A stretch of DNA of 64,000 nucleotides, from the IMG/VR virus record IMGVR_UViG_2681813318_000003; one strand, written 5' to 3'. The notes under the pieces were generated by a model, which was given only the letters and a program-made list of their open reading frames with translations, made no database searches and was not told the origin of the DNA. The position numbers and the translations under genes were made by a program. Source of the DNA: a virus. Lineage: Duplodnaviria > Heunggongvirae > Uroviricota > Caudoviricetes. Each line of letters opens with the position of its first letter. Position 1 is the stretch's first letter. Shown here piece after piece: positions 58,448 through 64,000 of this stretch.

Positions 58448-59278
58448 TTATTTCACTGTAATGAAAGGAGTGTTAGCCCCTTGAGTCATGTACTGCGGTA
58501 ACTGGCCATTCCATTTATTGATGGCTTCCAGTTCCATAACGTTCGGGTTTTGACGCAGAGCTTCACCGCGCAGACGAATGGCGTCTGCTTCTGCTTGCGC
58601 ACGAGCACGGATAGCATCAGCTTCACCATTAGCCTGTTCACGTAGCATATTCGCCTCAGCTTTACGTTGTTCAACTTCCTGCTGACGTTGCAGAGTACGC
58701 TGGTTAGCCGTTACTTTGGCGTTAATAGATTCAATGACAGTTTTTGGGTAATCAGGCTTTCCAACCCATGACAGGCTCAGTACCTCAATACCAACCGGAG
58801 ACATCTCTTTCTGAATATCTTTCAGTGCGTTGTCCAGCAATTGTGCCTTACCACCGTCGATAAATGAGTCAGTGGTCATACGGCTGGCCAAACGGTTTAG
58901 AGAGTCGGCAATTTTCTGACGCAGATCTGATTCGGTGATATCGTCTACGCCTTTGCGATAGGTCTGGAACACCGTCGTTACCTTGTCACGATTAACCAGA
59001 TACGCAACGCCAATTTTGTGACCAATAGCAGTACCGTCACTCATCTGGAATGTGAACGGCTCGTCGTAGGTCTTCATTTGTTTGAAGGTCGGGAATACGT
59101 AAAGTTCGGTGTTAAGACCTGTCCATTGGCGACCAACGCCAACCACTTCACCAATCCCTTTGTCTTCACCTAATTTGTTTACTTTGATGCCAACGTATCC
59201 AGGCTCCACGCGATCGCAGCCAGTAAGACCCATTGTGCAAATAGCCGCCAGAGCAACTGCAAGTAAACCTTTCTTCAT
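58448..59278 (-). CDS. SPFH (band 7/prohibitin-like) domain lipoprotein
   Basis: Lipobox LTGC after a signal peptide, followed by an SPFH-like domain and an A/E/R/Q-rich coiled-coil C-terminus. Confidence 0.55.
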   Translation of the reverse strand: MKKGLLAVALAAICTMGLTGCDRVEPGYVGIKVNKLGEDKGIGEVVGVGRQWTGLNTELYVFPTFKQMKTYDEPFTFQMSDGTAIGHKIGVAYLVNRDKVTTVFQTYRKGVDDITESDLRQKIADSLNRLASRMTTDSFIDGGKAQLLDNALKDIQKEMSPVGIEVLSLSWVGKPDYPKTVIESINAKVTANQRTLQRQQEVEQRKAEANMLREQANGEADAIRARAQAEADAIRLRGEALRQNPNVMELEAINKWNGQLPQYMTQGANTPFITVK

Positions 59279-59281
59279 TAC

Positions 59282-59482
59282 TTATTTCCCCTTTGCTTTG
59301 ATTAATGAGTTGATAAACTTACGACCAGCAATAAGACCGATTACAGGAGCACCAAAACCAACGATAACTCCAAACATGACGGCTAAATCACTCTTGGTAG
59401 AAATCAGCGACGGAACCAGTAAACCGTAGATGAGAGCCACTGAAAGGCCTGTGGCTACTGCCAATAGATAGATTTTGATCAT
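59282..59482 (-). CDS. Small two-TM membrane protein upstream of the SPFH gene
   Basis: 66 aa, hydrophobic helices LLAVATGLSVALIYGLLV and VMFGVIVGFGAPVIGLIAG. Confidence 0.45.
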   Translation of the reverse strand: MIKIYLLAVATGLSVALIYGLLVPSLISTKSDLAVMFGVIVGFGAPVIGLIAGRKFINSLIKAKGK

Positions 59483-59544
59483 GTGTTTTCCTATGTGGTT
59501 GTTATGCGAAAATAATAAGTAAGTACTTATATATTTTCAAGAGA

Positions 59545-59570
59545 TAAAAAAGGCGTCCTGTGGACGCCTT
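59545..59570 (-). terminator. Rho-independent terminator (GGCGTCC hairpin family)
   Basis: AGGCGTCCACAGGACGCCT followed by TTTTTT on the minus strand, after the RecA-like gene. Confidence 0.65.
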
Positions 59571-59574
59571 GTGT

Positions 59575-60648
59575 TTACTCTTCTACTGACTCGGTGGGGT
59601 TGTCTTTTGCTCTTCGGTCGTCGATTGCCTGCAAAGCCGCAATGATTTCAGCCAGTGGCTTCTCCCGATACATCTCGACGATCTGCGATTTGGTGTATTT
59701 CTTGTCACCAATTTCAACTCGCCCGCTGGCGTTCTTTGGCAGGTATCCTTCTTCCAGCATGTACTCGACGAGCGATTCGATAACGTCGAGGCCACGAGTA
59801 GGATCGAAGTAGAATTTCCAGGTGCATTTGCCATACGGTGGTGCAACTTTGTTTTTGATGCATTCTGCGCCTACGTCCTGGCCGATCTTCTCTTTACCAT
59901 CCTTCATTACCGATGCACCAAGACGGATACGTACAGAAGCGTAGAACTTCGGTGAATCTCCACCTGGCGACGTAGTAGGGTCGCCAAACATTACACCGAT
60001 TTTTGTGCGAACCTGATTCAAGAAGATGATGCAGGCGTTGTATTTGCGTGCCCACAAAGCCAGAGTAGGGAAGTTCGCACTTGTCGCACGAGCCAGTGCC
60101 GTATTGTCGTTCATGTTTAGCTGATCTTTGTCTTTGGCAGTGCCTTCAGCCATCTTTTCGAACTTCTCGGCTTTGGTGTTCGGAACCATAGACGCAAGTG
60201 AGTCAGCCACGATACAGATAGGTGCTGATTCAGGGATAAGCTCTTCATCACGTACCAATTTAAGTATTGTGCCGATCAACTCTACAGAGTCTTCGAAGGT
60301 GTCAGGCTGCTTGTATACCCACTGACCGTCATCCTCATCTGCGTTCAGGCCATTGGCTACAGCCAGGCCAACGTCAAAACTGTTTTCATGATCGAGGAAT
60401 ACCGCCAGACCATCTTGTTTTTGAGCGGAGATCATCGCTGCTGTCGCAAGGAACGTTTTCCCTGCACTTGGAGGACCGAATACTTCGACGATACGACCAC
60501 ATGGGAAGCCGCCATCGTAACGACCGGAAATAGCTTTGTTTAACGGTGGAAAGCCTGTATCAATCCAATGAGTTACTTTCTGAATTTCGTCGTTGCTACC
60601 GATTTTCTTTTTCAGAGCAAGTGCCAGTGCGGATTTTCCTTTTGCCAT
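59575..60648 (-). CDS. RecA/UvsX-like recombinase
   Basis: Walker A GPPSAGKT in a RecA-type core, 357 aa, SD AAGGAG. Confidence 0.7.
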   Translation of the reverse strand: MAKGKSALALALKKKIGSNDEIQKVTHWIDTGFPPLNKAISGRYDGGFPCGRIVEVFGPPSAGKTFLATAAMISAQKQDGLAVFLDHENSFDVGLAVANGLNADEDDGQWVYKQPDTFEDSVELIGTILKLVRDEELIPESAPICIVADSLASMVPNTKAEKFEKMAEGTAKDKDQLNMNDNTALARATSANFPTLALWARKYNACIIFLNQVRTKIGVMFGDPTTSPGGDSPKFYASVRIRLGASVMKDGKEKIGQDVGAECIKNKVAPPYGKCTWKFYFDPTRGLDVIESLVEYMLEEGYLPKNASGRVEIGDKKYTKSQIVEMYREKPLAEIIAALQAIDDRRAKDNPTESVEE

Positions 60649-60650
60649 GA

Positions 60651-60923
60651 TCAGGCTCCTTTTGTTTCGTTGATTCGTTTTAAAGCGGCGGATTCGTCGA
60701 ATACAATCGCATCGTGATTAAGGAGTCTGGATACACGAGCGAGGATTTTTACGACCTGCTCGCTGACTAATCCAAACTCGCGATCTGTCGCTTTCATTCC
60801 GGCAGCGCCCAGAATTGACGGCAGTGCGATGACAGCGTACTCACCGTGATAAAAGACAATCTCTTTTGCCAGTTGGGTGGGGGTGGTTGTAGCGCCATTA
60901 ATAATCGATTTAAGCATTAGCAA
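60651..60923 (-). CDS. Hypothetical small protein
   Basis: 90-aa ORF between the flap endonuclease and recombinase genes. Confidence 0.35.
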   Translation of the reverse strand: MLMLKSIINGATTTPTQLAKEIVFYHGEYAVIALPSILGAAGMKATDREFGLVSEQVVKILARVSRLLNHDAIVFDESAALKRINETKGA

Positions 60924-61861
60924 TACCTTTCGAATGGAAGAACAAACACTTCAAGGTCTTCAAGGAACGAACGGAAATTCAGCTCGTAGCACAGTTGCTC
61001 GAATGCTTTCACGTCACGATTGCCTTTGATTGTTTCGATTTCGGTAGGCGGAAACTTCGTCTCAATCAGGTTCATTAGCGTGATGTTTCTCTTGAACGCT
61101 TCGAGCATTCGACAGCCTGTTTTCTCGTTGAAGGCATTCTTCGCTAGTTTGTTGAAGGCGGTCTTATGGCGTCCTTTGTCAACCACGATTGAGCCGTCGT
61201 TGATGCCGCGTACCATCGTTGCGACACTTCCCCATTCATGCAGCAGCTCTTTCGCACCGCCAGCACCAATGCCACCAACACCGCTAATGTTGTCCGATTT
61301 ATCGCCTTGTAATGCTTTTGCTTCCAAAAATGCGCGAGGAGTAGCGAATCCTGTCAGCTCCGCAAATTGCTCAAAATTAACCTGCTTGTTTTTGGCGTCT
61401 TCGCGCAGGCTTACCCAGCTTACGTTTTCGCGAACTAACTGAAGCCAGTCGCTATCGCCTGTTAACAGATAGATGTGTTCAACGGTTGGCTGCGCTGCCA
61501 TGCGGGATACCAGCAGCCCGGCCAGATCATCCGCTTCTGCATCTTTTGCAATGAGTTGGGTAACTCCAAGCGCGGTCATCATTTTGAGGATGTATGGCTT
61601 CTGGATAGCAAAGCCTTCCTTCATCTTTTTCATATCAGGATCGTCGTCGCGATTTGCTTTGTAGTCCGGGTAAAAGTCGCGACGCTTGTCACTAAATCCA
61701 TCCCAAAGAATCATAGGTCGGGCATGGAGGATGGAGGCATAACGACGGACGTTCTTAACAAAGCCGAAAGCAGCCTGTACTTCCATTTCGCCGTTGTGCA
61801 ATTTGTCAGATTGTTGGTGGTAATAACCCAGGCTATTGCCATCTACGAAGAGATAATTCAC
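60917..61861 (-). CDS. 5'-3' exonuclease / flap endonuclease (FEN family)
   Basis: N-terminal LFVDGNSLGYY PIN-like motif and H3TH motif GDKSDNISGVGGIGAGGAKELL; start taken at GTG 61861 after SD GGAAGGA. Confidence 0.75.
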   Translation of the reverse strand: MNYLFVDGNSLGYYHQQSDKLHNGEMEVQAAFGFVKNVRRYASILHARPMILWDGFSDKRRDFYPDYKANRDDDPDMKKMKEGFAIQKPYILKMMTALGVTQLIAKDAEADDLAGLLVSRMAAQPTVEHIYLLTGDSDWLQLVRENVSWVSLREDAKNKQVNFEQFAELTGFATPRAFLEAKALQGDKSDNISGVGGIGAGGAKELLHEWGSVATMVRGINDGSIVVDKGRHKTAFNKLAKNAFNEKTGCRMLEAFKRNITLMNLIETKFPPTEIETIKGNRDVKAFEQLCYELNFRSFLEDLEVFVLPFERYC

Positions 61862-61876
61862 CGGTACATTCCTTCC

Positions 61877-61906
61877 AAAAAGTAAGGCGTCCGTAGACGC
61901 CTTACT
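61877..61906 (-). terminator. Rho-independent terminator (GGCGTCC hairpin family)
   Basis: AGTAAGGCGTCTACGGACGCCTTACT followed by TTTTTGG on the minus strand, after the SSB-like gene. Confidence 0.6.
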
Positions 61907-61921
61907 GGTCACGTAATGGGA

Positions 61922-62950
61922 TTACAGAGAGTCCAGCTCTCTCAGTAGGTCATCCAGACCTTCATCTTCCGTCGCAGATGCGGTTGCTACAGATGTCGCT
62001 GCGACTGCTTCAGACTCTTTGACTGATACGGCAACGGCAGCGGAACTTGCCTCTGGTTTAAATTCAGTTTCAACGGCACGGAGGATTTCTTCATCAACCA
62101 GACTGGTTGGTTCAGAAGCCGGTGTGTGCGCGGTTGCTACAGCCGTCGCTCCTTCTGTATGACCAGTGACAGAGCCAAATCCAGGTAGTGCCGCAGCCGA
62201 TGTTTTCGCGGTTGAGGAAATTGCTGGTGCAGATGCTGCGGCAGTTGGTGCAGCGATGCCAATCAGACGACCCATAGTGCGAACTGTCGACAGAAGACGA
62301 GTTTCATCAGCCTGATTTGCGTATGCGATCAGATCATGCTGAGTGTTCCAGAATTTATCTTCGATATCGCCTTTGTAGACTTTACGCTTAGGCGAGACGT
62401 CATATTTGGTATCGCGACCAGAGCCAGTACGTTTAATCAGGAATGCGTAGCCTTCCTCTTTGCTCAGTGGATTGCCGATATCATCAGCGATGTCTTCGGT
62501 GATTGCTTTGCAGATATCATCGAATACAGTAGACGGCAGCTCGATTAACTGGCATTTCTCAGCATCTGCGAAATCCTCACGAGCAGAAAGAATGCCGTTG
62601 ACCAGGTAGCGAGGAGTGGCACGCATTTGACCGATGCGTTCTTCCATTGCTTTGTTACCCTTGTGACGAGCGCGACCTTCCATCACCATTTCGCATAGCT
62701 GACAAGCGCGACCGTGAGTATGTTGCTCACAAATATAAGCGTTGGTTGCTTCTTTACCTTCCTCGTTCTGATACTTAACGTAGTGCATACCGAAAGTCTG
62801 GAAGAACTTACCGTTTGGGTCGTCTTTATTCGGGAAGATGCGGATATAGTTGACGCCGTCTTTTAAGCGAGTCAGATCAACGTTGTTACCACGTTTGGCG
62901 GCAATGTCTTCACGAGTTTTGTTAAGCAAATCAAGTAATGTCTTAGACAT
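61922..62950 (-). CDS. Single-stranded DNA-binding protein (T4 gp32-like, tentative)
   Basis: Cys/His cluster YICEQHTHGRACQLCE, Ala/Ser-rich linker, acidic C-terminal tail DEGLDDLLRELDSL; sits with recombinase and FEN genes. Confidence 0.5.
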   Translation of the reverse strand: MSKTLLDLLNKTREDIAAKRGNNVDLTRLKDGVNYIRIFPNKDDPNGKFFQTFGMHYVKYQNEEGKEATNAYICEQHTHGRACQLCEMVMEGRARHKGNKAMEERIGQMRATPRYLVNGILSAREDFADAEKCQLIELPSTVFDDICKAITEDIADDIGNPLSKEEGYAFLIKRTGSGRDTKYDVSPKRKVYKGDIEDKFWNTQHDLIAYANQADETRLLSTVRTMGRLIGIAAPTAAASAPAISSTAKTSAAALPGFGSVTGHTEGATAVATAHTPASEPTSLVDEEILRAVETEFKPEASSAAVAVSVKESEAVAATSVATASATEDEGLDDLLRELDSL

Positions 62951-63067
62951 GTGTTTCTCCTTGTTGTGATTTGGCCGATGGCGCTATGCGCGTTGGGCTT
63001 TCGTTCATTCGTGGCTCTTTCGAGCTGTTAAATGATAGATCAGTACTTACTTATTATCTATCAAAAA

Positions 63068-63499
63068 TCAACGGGGAGTAATAAAGCGTTCAGAGCCTAA
63101 TCGCTCTAATTCAACGATGGCCATCTTTGACGCCTGAACGATCATGTCTCGGCGATGCGAAAAGGCGGCGACAGCATGTTTGTATATGTCTGCGATGTGC
63201 CGTGCTTCATCCAACTTCTGCCGTTTAGACAGATACTGTGGGTTTGTTTTAACCTTAGCGTCCAGTACAGATTCGTTGAACTTAATGCCGTTCATACTCA
63301 AGTTCTTACGCTCTGTGTCGTATAGCTTTGCTTCAACAGCTTCAAGGTTAAGTTTTGCTTCTGCGACACTTCTTTCTGCATGGGCGAGTTTTGAGCCATA
63401 TTCCATCAACAGGCGGGGTTGTCTACGCCAGACTTCTTCCAGATTGTCTCGGTCAAACTCGAGATCAGACATTATTTTCTCGTAAATATCGGCGATCAT
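63068..63499 (-). CDS. Hypothetical protein
   Basis: ORF 63068..63523 trimmed to ATG 63499 with SD AAGGAA. Confidence 0.35.
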   Translation of the reverse strand: MIADIYEKIMSDLEFDRDNLEEVWRRQPRLLMEYGSKLAHAERSVAEAKLNLEAVEAKLYDTERKNLSMNGIKFNESVLDAKVKTNPQYLSKRQKLDEARHIADIYKHAVAAFSHRRDMIVQASKMAIVELERLGSERFITPR

Positions 63500-63626
63500 G
63501 CACATTTCCTTATCACTTATCATTTTGTATTGATTATATCATTGTAATGATGAGGCAATGAGCTTGAAGATAGGGGGGGGTGAGGGGATAAGGGAAAACA
63601 TGGCCTTTATGGCCATGTTTATTGGA

Positions 63627-64000
63627 TCACGTCTTAATAGTTTCTGCTACGTCGGCTAATATCGCTTCTAGTCGTTCTCCCTCTTCAGGTCTGAAGTAAA
63701 GAATGTTGGGGTTAAACCCGTAAAAGACAGTAACGTCAAGGTCTGGAAGATACTCCTTCCTGCCGACCAAATCGGATGGCTTGTTTTTGTTGTTAAACAA
63801 TGCCGTTGCCCGGCTGCCACACGTCAGCACATAGGTCGGACGCACCAGATTGATCTCTTCACGTATAAAGTCGGTGAACTGGCCGATCTCGTCTTTGGTG
63901 TAGTCTTTTTCTTTGTCTTTAACCTTCTTGCAAACGCCTGTGACATAGAGATCGCCCATTCGTAAATCTCCAGCCGTCAATAGCTTGGCCTTAAAGTCGT
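63627..64000 (-). CDS. Hypothetical protein, 5' end probably beyond the window
   Basis: Minus-strand reading frame stays open to the window edge; the first in-window ATG is at 63959. Confidence 0.3.
   Translation of the reverse strand, partial: DFKAKLLTAGDLRMGDLYVTGVCKKVKDKEKDYTKDEIGQFTDFIREEINLVRPTYVLTCGSRATALFNNKNKPSDLVGRKEYLPDLDVTVFYGFNPNILYFRPEEGERLEAILADVAETIKT

Noticed and set aside
61862-61912. N-terminal extension (MTSKASTD...) of the flap endonuclease ORF
   Set aside because: These codons are the complement of the GGCGTCC terminator hairpin; an SD plus GTG at 61861 gives a canonical FEN N-terminus.
1-64000. tRNA genes or integrase/attachment site
   Set aside because: No T-loop-like GGTTCGAATCC-type sequence or tyrosine/serine recombinase ORF was found by eye; cannot exclude without tRNAscan or HMM search.

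Overview
The window reads as part of a temperate siphovirus-like phage-plasmid, interrupted by a 3.4-kb block that matches the Escherichia chromosomal metG-mrp(apbC) locus. Everything here is from reading the sequence and the ORF translations by eye; no database search or motif scan was run, and most start codons and all motif coordinates are approximate. Left arm (1-9.9 kb, minus strand): HK97-type virion module (terminase small/large, portal, scaffold, major capsid, Ig-like decoration protein, head-tail proteins, major tail protein). 10-13.3 kb: two ParB-like nuclease-domain proteins, a stand-alone ABC-type ATPase and a GNAT-like protein. 13.3-24 kb: an SF2 helicase, envelope-targeted small proteins, an AT-rich three-gene cassette with a strong promoter, small early genes and a 1-kb GT-skewed non-coding tract. 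24.1-27.5 kb: host-type metG and mrp with their own terminators. 27.5-64 kb: an SOS-box-controlled pre-processed UmuD'-like gene, two orphan adenine methyltransferases, RNase H, DnaQ-like exonuclease, dNMP-kinase-like protein, DHFR, thymidylate synthase, NrdAB, RuvC-like resolvase, SbcCD, a P1-type replicon (DnaA boxes, GATC repeats, repA flanked by about 16 iterons), an SPFH lipoprotein, RecA/UvsX-like recombinase, flap endonuclease and a gp32-like SSB. No integrase, tRNA or CRISPR array was seen. The most notable unexplained signals are two dispersed palindromic motif families upstream of many genes (class A, about 12 sites; class B, about 14 sites), two clusters of CCGTTTCCCnGAAA repeats, and the host gene block embedded in phage DNA.
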